Shown here: positions 12,951-25,491 of the stretch, one piece after another
Layout of the letters: each line of letters starts with the position of its first letter
How positions within the stretch are numbered: the stretch's first letter is position 1
NCBI GenBank assembly: GCA_028023455.1
Contig: JAQFVV010000004.1
Span: 6,138,001 to 6,202,000 of the forward strand
Length of the DNA: 64,000 nt
Direction of reading: 5' to 3'
DNA from: Epiperipatus broadwayi
Taxonomy: Eukaryota > Animalia > Onychophora
Notes under the pieces: model-generated
The model's input: only the letters and a program-made list of their open reading frames with translations
Told to the model about the DNA's origin: nothing
The model's database searches: none
Position numbers and translations under genes: made by a program

Positions 12951-13149
12951 TATATATATATATATTGACTTAATATAGTAACAGTTTCTACATTTATTAC
13001 ATCATAGTGTAAATGGAAAGTATTTGAAGTTTTGTCTTATAAACTAGTCATCATTTATATGTATTTATCAGATATTTTTACATAAATATGTATTTACATA
13101 TATCAACCTTATAAAAAAGGTATAGGTCTATGCATACATAGAGCTTATG

Positions 13150-13850
13150 TTTAATACATAATGATCTGTTTTCAAATTTAGTATATATCAGAAACTTTTT
13201 TCAGATAACCATCCAGTATTGGTTGGTTAATGGATAGTTATTTTTAGTTAAATATTCATCTGATAATTGACTAATCTGCTGAGTAAAAGTCTTCTTTTTC
13301 ATTATTAAATCAATATTTTCCCCACAATATCCTCTCAATCTCATTTCTAATGCCTCTGATGTTTTTCTCTTTTTTTTTTCCTGCTACATATAAAAATCTA
13401 CACTTTAATATAACTATCAACAAAACTCTATTTAGATTTAACTTTAGAAGTCTAAAAATTAATTTTGATTAGAAACTTATTTAGATATTGCAATTATTCT
13501 ATGTTCTTTTATTTCTTCCATTTATTTTTATTAATTTTAGCAACTTTTTTTGAATTAAAATTTCACAAATTTCTTTATTTCTACTTAACACAATCTAATC
13601 AAAATACTCATTTAACAAGATATATCAATAACTGTTAAACAAAATAAACGATAGATAACTTTATTGTCCAAATACTCTATTTATCTTTTCTGAAATTCTA
13701 CAGGATGCTTTTGTTTTATATATAATTGTTCTAATAGTTCTTTCTTCTTTCAGTCTATTCTTTTTCTCTTTTAACCCTTAAACCACTAATTATATTATTG
13801 GTTGTATGAGGTAAAAATCAAATCTTTTAATTGGCCAACTCACAAACTGA
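13150..13850 (-). pseudogene. possible decayed LINE ORF1 end / endonuclease start
   Basis: A-rich minus strand, with RILWENIDLIMKKDF resembling the start of an APE domain; heavily broken. Confidence 0.25.
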
Positions 13851-14269
13851 AGACAAAGCCTATTGTTAAAACATATTCACCTATAATATTAAATTCAACT
13901 CAGATACGTTTATAAAAAGTATATTACTAATTTTTCAGGTTATGAAGAGAACGAAAGTTCTTTCAAAAATAAATTGCTATTTATTTATTCTAAAATATTC
14001 AATTTCGGCAACATAAAAGCTATAATATAAACAAAAAGGTCGACTTTTACGTTATAAAAAAGTAAATATTTCTTTTTACTAAATCTTAAATATTTTTACT
14101 AAAATCTTCAATATTTTTCGAAAATAATTTTGTTTTTTTTTAGTATTCTCTCTGAAAATAATTTGTAATTTCTCAAAATATTCTTTTATAATAATTTAAA
14201 TCATATTCGAAATGAAAATCTCAGCGTTTTTCTTTATTTTCTTTGATCAGGCGGTTTCTTTGTTCTTTC

Positions 14270-14525
14270 CAGCCAATCAGAATGTCTTTTTCGGCTGAGA
14301 GCATGCTAAGAACCAATCACAAGTAATGTTCTTTCTTTGTTTAGGTTTAAATGCATTTTTTTTTTATTTTTTACTTGTAAAATAATTCGGAAGAGGGCAC
14401 CATCTTACAGAACTTTTAAAAACCTATTCAATATCTGTCTAACGAATATTTTAGCATAAGAACTGGCAGAGTTAGAGTGACGTCAGATGTCGACGAGGAG
14501 CTTCGTAAGAGGCGGGAAAAGGGTT
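14270..14525. promoter_or_regulatory. putative Pol II promoter motif cluster
   Basis: CpG-richer island in AT-rich DNA with two CCAAT boxes (agccaatcag about 14271, aaccaatcac about 14310), CRE tgacgtca (about 14478) and GC-box gaggcggg (about 14509). Confidence 0.4.
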
Positions 14526-15564
14526 AAATATCTGAATAACCAATTCATTCTATTAAGATCAGTGGAATAAATATTAACTTTCTGTGTACATTTCTCCACA
14601 GTTATATTCACCAGTACTGTTGTATTTGTTGTCCTTCAATCTTTTTTAAGTCTAAATAAAATTTCTTTAGATAAAAGTATATACTACTTCAAGAACAATA
14701 TCTTAATTGCATGCAATATTAAAATAAATGTTCTAAAATTCTCACACATCATTGTTTTGGATCTTTTCTATAAAGGACTCATTACAAAGAAAATTATTGG
14801 CTATTTTCTTCAGTGATAAAGTTTTTCAGATTTCTCTTTTTTATAATTTGTAATAATTCAATTGGAATTTTATTAATTTTTGTGCTTTTCCAATTTCATA
14901 TCAACTACAACCTTTAGAAACTTTTTTTTCAATATTTCATATCCTCTTTTATTTATTTATTTATTTATTTAATTAATAGACAAAGGCTTGTCTTCAATTA
15001 CACACTAGGGTGCGTGAGTTAATCAAGCTATGAAGGAGAAAAATATTTCACTCATATTTCTAAAACTCGACCTAAGAATTATTATGATTTCAATTGCCGA
15101 TAGAATCAGTTTTTACTTTATAAAAGAGCGCGCCAAAGTCGTTAGACTCACTGATTCTGCGTCAAGCATATCTTAACTTATAAAGTAATAATTTTAAAAA
15201 TCAAGTTTTTGATTTCCCGTAACTTAGTTATTTTTTTAAAAAAATATTCTTGGACTTAATTAAGAAATAAGAATATTGGTAAGGTAATTTATACACTACT
15301 CCAAAACTAAACAATAAAAATCTAACACTCAAAATTAACAACATAACTAACTTTTTAATTAGGCATGTACAGTGAAAGTTTTTTTTATATTAATAGTAAA
15401 GATTTATTACAACAGTTAAGCATTTAAACACCTATAATAATAAAATTATAATATTGGAAATAAACACACGCATACTCAGATAATTATTTTAACCATTTGA
15501 ATTCAAATATCAATTTGAAGAAATAAGTAATTAATGTCTTCTCTTTGTCCACAGTAACAATTTA

Positions 15565-16751
15565 GGTACTTGTGTATAATTCAACCGATGACGTTTTTGA
15601 CTTACCAAATTTCCTTCCGGTAGACATCGACGTTTGTTGCATGACAATGTTGTCATGGTAACCAAGTGACTGGCGTGATTAATCCATCAGAGAGTCAATT
15701 TTTTTTTTTTTTTCACCCGCGAGATTTAAAATTCGTAGAGAGGTTTGGGAAATTTTTTGATTTTTTCTGTCTATTGCGATTTTGCTATCCACGGCATCAC
15801 AGTTACTTTTTTGAGCTGTTAATTCGGGTAAAGTGTTTTATTTATCTGTTTATTTTAAATTTACAAAAAATTTTTGTTAATATTTCTACAATTATCAAAC
15901 TTACATTGAATTATTCTCCGGTAAAGTGTTTTTTATTTATCTGTTTATTTTAAATTTACAAAAATTTTTAGTTAATATTTCTACAATTCTGAAACTTACG
16001 TTTAATGTGTAAATAATTTATTCTCCGGTAAAGTGTTTTTTATTTATCTGTTTATTTTAAATTTACAAAAATTTTTAGTTAATATTTCTACAATTCTGAA
16101 ACTTACGTTTAATGTGTAAATAATTTATTCTCCGTGTTTTTTATTTATCTGTTTATTTAGATTTACAAAAATTTTTAGTTAATATTTCTACAATTCTGAA
16201 ACTTACGTTTAATGTGTAAATAATTTATTCTCCGTGTTTTTTATTTATCTGTTTATTTTTAAATTTACAAAAATTTTTAGTTAATATTTCTACAATTCTG
16301 AAACTTACGTTTAATGTGTAAATAATTTTCAATAATTTTTTAAAACAAATTTGGAATATACATTACCAAATGTGATAACAAGGACGCCATTAATGCCAGA
16401 TTCGCATTAATTCGGGTAAAGTGTTTTATTTATTTTAAATTTACAAAAACTTTTTGTTAATATTTCTACATTACGTTTTTAATGTGTAAATAATTTGAAA
16501 TAATTTTTTAAATCAATTTTGTGCAGTATGCAGTACGTTTTAAAAATTACCAAATGCATATAAAAGTGCGGCGTTTTCTGGACGCCATTAATACCAGATT
16601 TGCATTAGATCGCGTCTTTTTTATTTAGATGTTTATTTAAAATTTACATAAAGTTTTTGTTAATATTTCTACAATTCTTAAACTTATTTACAAGATTAGA
16701 GTGATATGCCTTCAGGGTAATACGTCATCGGTTGAATTATACACAAGTACC
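15565..16751. mobile_element. non-autonomous DNA transposon (Merlin-like MITE), perfect 30-bp TIRs, 8-bp TSD
   Basis: ggtacttgtgtataattcaaccgatgacgt (15565-15594) and its exact inverse (16722-16751); TSD acaattta at 15557-15564 and 16752-16759. Confidence 0.92.
15827..16330 (+). repeat. five near-identical 100-107 bp tandem units inside the MITE
   Basis: Unit ttatttatctgtttattttaaatttacaaaaattttt(a)gttaatatttctacaatt...ttattctccg; ttctccg recurs near 15914, 16021, 16128 and 16228; degenerate copies extend to about 16690. Confidence 0.9.
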
Positions 16752-18019
16752 ACAATTTATTATTAAAAATTCAGTTCACAAATCTTTTATCTAGATAGAA
16801 ATTATGGCCATTAACTTACCGGTAAGTTTCAAGTGTTCATGTAGGTGATTGGTGATTGATCTCCTTAGTAGTCTGATTCCTTTTGATGGATAGTCCACAG
16901 TACTGTTTTTTATGGTTTCATTTCTTCCATATCTCTAATCCTGATTGAGGCAAGGTTAGACGGTTTAGGTGACTTTTCCGAGGGAAGGTGTCAGCGAACG
17001 ATCTGGTTTTACTTGCACATCTGGAATAGGCTCACTTTAGATTTAAATGGCAACATTTTATTCTCAATTTTAAAAAAAAATGCTGCACACGAGAACTTGA
17101 TCAAAACATACAGGTGAAAAAGCTTCTTTCCAACTTGTCCACTCCTTTTATAGTCCAGATCATTTTTGAGAAGTCCTGCACATATTTTCTTTATCCTTTG
17201 TTTTATTATTCTATAATCTTCCACATATATTTCTTTTTTTTTTCAGCTACAAAGTTTTTTTTTTTATGGATTATTTTCGCCATCTTTAATTAGCTTTGGA
17301 AACTTTGATTGTAATGTGCGTGTGGAATGTCTTTTCACTATCTGAATTAATTAATCTGTATGCACTTTCCAATATCAACATTATTTTGATTAAATTACAT
17401 AGATAAATAAGAAAAACAAAAATTAACTTTCATTGTACGTTTTTTTCTTTTTTTTAAAAAAAATTATACTACTTAAAAACAAAATTAAATATCAACTTTT
17501 AAATGATCTTTGCATTTTATTCTCTTTGAAGTTTTTTTTTTTTTAAATATTAGACCATGCCAAATATATATTTGTAGCATATATAAATAAATGGTACAAT
17601 ATATATTCATTGTATTGTAATATATGCTAGTGAAAAACGAATAGATATAATGTTACCCGGGCTGGTTTTATTTTGTAATGTTTGGATTTTTTTTTTTTTT
17701 TTAAAACTGGTTTTATATATATTTTATTAAAATAAATAAATTGTTTTTTTTTTTTGATTTGGCTTTTTAAAACATTCGTCTTATTTTTTTTTTTAAATTT
17801 TTTATTCCGGTCTTTTTTTTTCAAGAAACTTTTTTTTTCAACTCTTTTTTAGTTTTTTAACAAACCTTTTTTTTTTTTTGTCATTTACCGAGTTTTTATT
17901 CATAAACAAATACATAAAAAATTAATTTATTTTTTAAAAAATTTTGTATTTACACTTTTTTTGGGTTTTAAAAATAACCCAAAAAGAACAAAAAAATAAA
18001 AGAAAAAAAAATTCATTTC

Positions 18020-18888
18020 ACTGCAGTAAATTCATCTCTTCTAAGATGGCACAGAACAATCTTTTTTCAGAAAATCACAGAAATTCTTCTATATAGTTGT
18101 CAAGATCTTCTCTTCGTGTGCCTCATGTTCGCTTGTTTCGCCACTTGAGAGAACCCCAAAGGCATTCAATGGTCTGGTTATGTACACCAGTTTCAGGGTC
18201 CACAAAATTGAATTTGTGATTGACTCTCATGTGGTGATATCCGGAAGCCTCCAATTCAGAAGTTCTGTATCCTTTCCAGCAATCAGAATAGATGCTGGAA
18301 TCAGGCCTGATGTTCTCATGGATGGACTCCATAAGGATGTTGGCAGAACGGGAGGCTATAGACATTACAAAACAATCGCCTGTCTCACGACAGATAGCCC
18401 TGAAAATCCATTGTTGCGGAAGGATTCTGCCCTAATGATTTTTTCGTCGACTGAACATGGTATCATCAACTTCCACTGTCATACCGGGACCACCAATTTG
18501 GCGACATGGACGAGAAACAAGGCTTTCTCGACAGAGCTCTCTAAGAGCTGTCGTCATATTTCCTTATGGCATTTTCACACATTTCTAACTCAGCTACAAT
18601 ACGCTTTACTGTAAGCTCATCCTGGCTCCAGTAATAAATTAGACTTACTGCTTTCAAAAAAGTGATTCAGCAGCCCTCAAACCATGTTCCATGACGAATG
18701 GAACACCTTCATCGACATTGCCGTGATTCACATTCCATTTGAGATGTTTTACAATGCCTTAATTTTATTAAGCAACCACAAACACAGTTCTGGGCGGGTA
18801 AAATATTTTGCTATTGAAGAAAGGCCACCGCATCTGTTTTTGTAGTAGGTAAATCTACAAATTTAAATGCCAAACGATCGTCTGCCAT
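18020..18888 (-). pseudogene. Merlin/IS1595 (ISXO2-like) DDE transposase pseudogene
   Basis: From ATG 18888: MADDRLAFKFVDLPTTKTDAVAFLQ*QNILPAQNCVCG...IGGPGMTVEVDDTMFSRRK...IRPDSSIYSDCWKGY...VNHKFNFVDPETGVHNQTIECLWGSLK; contains stops and frameshifts. Confidence 0.92.
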
Positions 18889-21806
18889 TTAACTGTTTTG
18901 ATCTCGATAAAGTATCGAAAAATGCGCGACTTTATCATGAACTTTTCCGAATCGTGATTTACAATCCTCATTTAGTGCATTTTGATACCTGAGAATGAAA
19001 GTAGGGGCGTTTGATAATTAGTTAGAATTTGTAGTAACTCACATAAATTACAATACATTTAAGAACAAAAAAAAAAACCATTCTAATATAATTTTAGTCA
19101 TTACAACAAAAGACACCTTCATATAATATGCTGTAGACTAATCAAGACTAATGTGTATAAAGAAAGTCCCATACTCGTCGCTAATAATATTCACATGCTA
19201 GAGATGTTGGGGAAGGATGAACAGTTTACAGACCGTAAAATATATGAGCGGCCTTGTAAACATATGAGTAAAAACATCTATATTTTTCATCTAATTTTTT
19301 TTCTGACTTTTTTTGTTTATTAAAATCATTTTTTCTTACTTTATGCACCAATTTATAGATAAGTTTTGTATACAGATTTATGATTTGAATAAATATCAGT
19401 TCCATGATAGACAGATATCTCTTTTTATTTTTCCTAAACCTACTAAATTGTTACATAACTTAGTTGAATTTGTTCAAAGCATTTTTATTATCCCACCAGA
19501 ATTTATCAGCTTCTCACATCTTTTAACTTTTTGTTTCTGGTCTATGATTTACTACAATGATCTCTGACTTACTACTGCTTCTATTCTTCAATTGTTTTAT
19601 AAATATGTTTTATATTTATTTACTTGTTTTATTACATAAAATAGTAAATCGTATAATAAAATTGTTGTTTTTTTTTGTTTTTTTTTTAATAATCTGCTTA
19701 CTAATCAGCAAGGCTTACAAATATATAATCTCATGGAGGGAAACTAACCTTCTTATATGCACTAATAGATTAATGTGTAAACTATAAGTGAATCACTTAT
19801 GCTTGGAACTTTCCTTCCATGAGATTACATATATATTGAAGTGATGCATATATGCTTGCTTCATTTTCTTTAATTCTGCCATCTTTTCCATAAATCCTCA
19901 CACACATTTTGAAATGGTATATTCTTACAGACTATCCGTTTCACCTGCTCTATCTTATAACTATACCTGTGCTAACTTTAAACCCTCTCGAGTACATGTA
20001 TATCTATATAAACATCATTGTATATGTATCGGTGCACACATACATGCGAGAACAGACTGTGGTATATAATAAGTTTATGTATGTTACAGTAGATATTTAT
20101 TAGAAATTAGATATTTTAAAAGTATAAATTTATTGATTCATTGGTTTTCAAAGAAATCACATATATATGTATAAGATTCACATAGGACCAGCATACATAT
20201 GACTGACTTAAATTGGAAAATGTTGTTAGTGTGAGACATTCATTATAAGAATGTGGAAATAGAGTCATATTAATAGTTTACTTTTAGAGCTTGTGACATA
20301 AGAAAACAAATATCAGGCTAGCTTCCATAGCATATAATAGTTGAATGATTGTCTTTTTTATTTATTTTCACTTTTTTTTTCTTTTGAAAGTAATCACTTA
20401 TTTATTTTATAGAGAGTCTTCTAATTCAAATTTGTTGCATTTCTCAAAACTTGCCTACTTGGAATTTGGACATGATATGTGAAAATTCATATCTGAATTA
20501 GGAAAAGAATAAACAGATAGCCATTTTTATAAAGATTTTAATGTATAGATTGTCTATAATTTCTATACCAGTGATCGTAAAAAAAAAGTAAATGGCATGT
20601 GAAAAAATTAAAAATTAATAAATTTTCTAAAATTTTAAGTTTTTATTTATAATGCCTATACAGTACTTATCTAACATATCTGCATTATATTTGTTTTTAA
20701 CATGATGTGTATATGTCTATTTGTACGTGTGTTTGTTAAAAACACATAATATCGTTCATTATTATTGATTTTGATATTTGTGACATAGTAGTGGGACTAT
20801 TGTAAAAATAAAATGTCTAAGAATTTATATGTAGCAATTGGACAAAATAATTAGAACATAAGTTGTATTAATAATATATTTTTAATGTTTTATAATGCAG
20901 AAATGGAAATATATGCTAATGTAAGTTTTTGTTGTTTATATTATAATTCTACGGAATATCTGATACAAGCTGATATCAGTTTCATAAATTTGTGATAATC
21001 TGTATCAAGGACACTAAATTAAAAAAAAAATTAAATTGCTGAAGGCAATAATTTCTTAACTTTCAAGATCAACAAACTACAGGATAATGATAATGATGAA
21101 AGACTGAATCATGCTAGAAATAGATATGGCTGAAAATTAATGCTTAATGGAAAAAACCAAGCAATTCATTAGGAACTTCACATGCAGAGCATTTATAAAC
21201 AAATTACTATTTTAAATCTTATTTTCTGATGGGGAATTTTGTAACGCAGAAGCAATGATATCGTAAGCATAAAACTGGGTAACAGACGACTGGAAGTTTT
21301 TTACATTTTTTTCTAACTATAGGAAACAGATTAACTTTTTTTCTTATGTGAAACATTGTTGTGTAACTGTCATGATTTGGAAAACTATCATGCATTATCT
21401 TAATCCAATCATTACTCTGCATGAATATATCACAGTAGAAATTATTTGATTCTGATTCATTCGATTGTGGAAACATTGTTTTAGGATCTAGATGTTATTG
21501 TTTTAATTCTTACAACTCTTATTATTAAATATTGTTTTAAAGAATATGAAAATTGTTACACATCTATCATGATTTACCCAATTATCTTATATAATTAATA
21601 TTATTGAGCGATTGAGTTAGAAGTCTATCTTCCACTAATGTCGGTACTTATGTATTAGTTTGGCGATGGAATTTTAATTTTTATTAAAATCATTATGATT
21701 ATCTATGATTGCTAAATATTTGATAGTATGTTTTATTTAATTAAGTAAGTAAATTTAAGTTTCAAAAATAAATTCTTGAAGATCTCTAAAGTATTTTTAT
21801 ATCTAA

Positions 21807-24800
21807 TGTAACGTTTTTCCTTTTGCTAGGCCACTATACGCCTCAAATTTATATTTGAGCGTGAGTTGATCAAGCTGTCTCAAAAAGAAAAAAGAAAGTT
21901 GTATTTCTATTCTAAAAACACAGCTATTTTTCCTGACCAACTTCAGCCTATTAATTGTTAAGAATTGTGCTATTGACAAAATCAACTTTTAATTTTATTT
22001 CATATGGGCGCCAGGATTCCTAAGAATCCGCTGAAATATGTCGCCAGCACCTCTCGCAAGTTGTAAAACAAAAAAAAAATAAAAAGATTTTTATTATATT
22101 TTTTTTTTAAGGGGCGGTAATTCTACCGTAATGAGAATTAATGATTTTTACGATTATTAGTCCTGGGAGTATTGAAACATATTGGCAAAGGTAACTTAAA
22201 CGTTTAAATCTTATTAAACTAAAAATAAATTTAATAATAAAAAATAATAATCATTATTAATAACGCACAAATGAAAATTGGTATTGGAAATAATTTTATT
22301 CTAATAGACTAAAAAAATATTTGAAATAAATTACTTAGAGAGAACACAACTCAGACGTGAATCAATTAATAAAAAAAAACAATTTTTCAATTACTGTTCA
22401 TATCCAAATTTCTCCTAGAAATTTCCTTAAAAAAATTGAATGTCTCTTGTACAAGAAAAATTAATGTCTCTATCGAGATTGTTTAAACATACTTCTAGAA
22501 ATTGTTTGAAAACGTTTAATTTGGTCACAATCAGTATAATTATTCTTACCGGTAAGTTTCATGAATTCAGTAGTAGATAACTATGCATAGTTTTTTGGTT
22601 ATAATGAGCTCGGCCTTTTGGTTATTGCTTGATCTTGTGGTCCATTTCCCCAGTCGGTCACGAAGGCTTTTCCTGGTGTACATCATTAGGTCCGATGTCT
22701 TCAGGAGCTCCGGTTCACTGCGACATGCCGAATTCCTTCAGCGAAGAGCGATCTTGGATATATTAATGTTATCCAAGACCAACTAGAGAAACAAAACGAA
22801 CAAGATGTCCTTCAAACTGATCTCTGCCTTTTATACTCTCTAGAGGCCCAGTTTTCCGACTTCTGCGCATATCTTTTGTTTGTCCAAATATCCGTTGATC
22901 TTACACATTCTTTATAAAATTTATGCCACAAAGTCTCTATTTTTTTCAGCACAACTCCGCCATCTTTAATTAGTTAAAATATTTTTACTTTCTCTTATCT
23001 AGATTGGTAATTTGTGTCTTTTGTTCTCTCCAATTCCAACTTTTATTTCTAATTACAAAAAAAAAAAAACGAAAGAATAATTTAACTTTCATTGTACGTT
23101 ATTTTTTTTTAAAAAAAAATTAGTCAAAAAAAAATCTAAATTTACTTTTTTAGCTTTTACCAAATGCCAATATATTTGTAACGTATATAAATAAACGTTA
23201 CAATACCACCAGTGCCAGGAGATGAGAATAAAATAGGGGTTTACACTAATTTTATTCTTAAGTTTTTTAAATTCATATCCGTATTTTTTTTTCTGTAGTA
23301 GCGTGCTGATATATTGTGTAGACTCATTCACAAGCGACGTTCGGCTTTAACGCCCACTTTTAGGTCTAACACGGCGGGAATGGAAAATATTTCAACATTC
23401 ATCTGTGTCCTATCCGCTTTAGTGTAATATTAACGATAAGAAGCCCAAGTTATAAGCACAAACGAGCGTTGCTCATCGTTCTGAGTCTTACAGGCTCGTG
23501 GCAACTTGGTCCAACTTGATCCGCCTTCCCCTTTATTGGGATCTCTGCTAGAAATAGTCTGACGAGCATTTAAAGACGGTCTTATGTTCATATACTGCGG
23601 ATAAGGACTCGGGGCTATGTTATTCCCCTCTTCAGTAACCGCCTACCCGGTCAAATACTTGTGACTTACGTCTACATCAGCCACGATCGTGTTTTTAGAC
23701 ATATATAAAAAAATATACATATATATTTTTTCTTTCTGGAAGTCATATTAAAAAAAATATCTTCTTTCATATTTTAATAATCAGGGTTTAATTAGTTAGT
23801 TTTTTTTTTTTTATATAATTTTTTTCTTTTTTCAAAAAAATCATAATTTATTTTCCGGCTGTGAGTTTCTTTGAGTCATCATTGTAATGTTCTTTATCAT
23901 TACAACTCATCTCAGGTTGTAGTTGTTAAATCGAAGCCCGAGTTGGGTCGCCATTGTAACGTTTTTCCTTTTGCTAGGCCACTATACGCCTCAAATTTAT
24001 ATTTGAGCGTGAGTTGATCAAGCTGTCTCAAAAAGAAAAAAGAAAGTTGTATTTCTATTCTAAAAACACAGCTATTTTTCCTGACCAACTTCAGCCTATT
24101 AATTGTTAAGAATTGTGCTATTGACAAAATCAACTTTTAATTTTATTTCATATGGGCGCCAGGATTCCTAAGAATCCGCTGAAATATGTCGCCAGCACCT
24201 CTCGCAAGTTGTAAAACAAAAAAAAATAAAAAGATTTTTATTATATATTTTTTTTTAAGGGGCGGTAATTCTACCGTAATGAGAATTAATGATTTTTACG
24301 ATTATTAGTCCTGGGAGTATTGAAACATATTGGCAAAGGTAACTTAAACGTTTAAATCTTATTAAACTAAAAATAAATTTAATAATAAAAAATAATAATC
24401 ATTATTAATAACGCACAAATGAAAATTGGTATTGGAAATAATTTTATTCTAATAGACTAAAAAAATATTTGAAATAAATTACTTAGAGAGAACACAACTC
24501 AGACGTGAATCAATTAATAAAAAAAAACAATTTTTCAATTACTGTTCATATCCAAATTTCTCCTAGAAATTTCCTTAAAAAAAATTGAATGTCTCTTGTA
24601 CAAGAAAAATTAATGTCTCTATCGAGATTGTTTAAACATACTTCTAGAAATTGTTTGAAAACGTTTAATTTGGTCACAATCAGTATAATTATTCTTACCG
24701 GTAAGTTTCATGAATTCAGTAGTAGATAACTATGCATAGTTTTTTGGTTATAATGAGCTCGGCCTTTTGGTTATTGCTTGATCTTGTGGTCCATTTCCCC

Positions 24801-25351
24801 AGTCGGTCACGAAGGCTTTTCCTGGTGTACATCATTAGGTCCGATGTCTTCAGGAGCTCCGGTTCACTGCGACATGCCGAATTCCTTCAGCGAAGAGCGA
24901 TCTTGGATATATTAATGTTATCCAAGACCAACTAGAGAAACAAAACGAACAAGATGTCCTTCAAACTGATCTCTGCCTTTTATACTCTCTAGAGGCCCAG
25001 TTTTCCGACTTCTGCGCATATCTTTTGTTTGTCCAAATATCCGTTGATCTTACACATTCTTTATAAAATTTATGCCACAAAGTCTCTATTTTTTTCAGCA
25101 CAACTCCGCCATCTTTAATTAGTTAAAATATTTTTACTTTCTCTTATCTAGATTGGTAATTTGTGTCTTTTGTTCTCTCCAATTCCAACTTTTATTTCTA
25201 ATTACAAAAAAAAAAAAACGAAAGAATAATTTAACTTTCATTGTACGTTATTTTTTTTTTAAAAAAAATTAGTCAAAAAAAAATCTAAATTTACTTTTTT
25301 AGCTTTTACCAAATGCCAATATATTTGTAACGTATATAAATAAACGTTACA
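21807..25351 (-). mobile_element. young non-autonomous LTR retroelement: two 1.4-kb LTRs around a 752-bp non-coding interior
   Basis: LTRs 21807-23202 and 23955-25351 (tgtaacgttt...aaacgttaca) differ, as far as I can see, only in homopolymer lengths; 4-bp TSD ctaa (21803-21806 and 25352-25355); PBS-like TGGCGACC 1 nt inside on the minus strand. Confidence 0.93.
23941..23953 (-). other. primer-binding-site-like sequence TGGCGACCCAACT
   Basis: Begins with TGG one base after the LTR end on the minus strand; cognate tRNA not assigned. Confidence 0.65.
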
Positions 25352-25491
25352 CTAATATACATTTTTAATAACTTATGGGTACCACTTATGCTTTAAAGAT
25401 AGCCATCTTTTGCCACATAAATAAATTGATATTAATACAGAAAATAGAATTATTCACAGCTTTGTTAAAAATGATTCTTTAAATCTTTGAA

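Larger units (their letters stand above)
14980..17598 (-). mobile_element. solo LTR of the same family, interrupted by the MITE at 15565-16751; left end uncertain
   Basis: Shares gcgtgagtt(g/a)atcaagct, cttaccggtaagtttca, cgccatctttaattag, aactttcattgtacgt and the terminus aaataaatggtaca with the 21807 LTR. Confidence 0.75.

Noticed and set aside
15827-16330. Regularly spaced repeats that superficially resemble a CRISPR array
   Set aside because: Units are contiguous with no unique spacers, there are no cas genes, the context is eukaryotic, and the array is internal to a TIR element.
18180-18614. 144-aa plus-strand ORF
   Set aside because: Antisense shadow of the Merlin transposase.
17600-19260. 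TIR and TSD boundaries for the Merlin transposase copy (for example atgctag at about 17625 and 19194)
   Set aside because: Inverted similarity at candidate ends is too weak; boundaries were left undefined.
21219-21476. 85-aa minus-strand ORF and nearby tiny exon-like segments (about 20900-20920, 21060-21130)
   Set aside because: No recognisable motif or consistent splice-phase chain.
23577-23641. Minus-strand CUGAAGA-GGGG...CCCC three-way-junction-like fold in the LTR element interior
   Set aside because: GAGU replaces GAAA and there is no unpaired NUH before a stem I; not a canonical hammerhead, although a structured RNA cannot be excluded.
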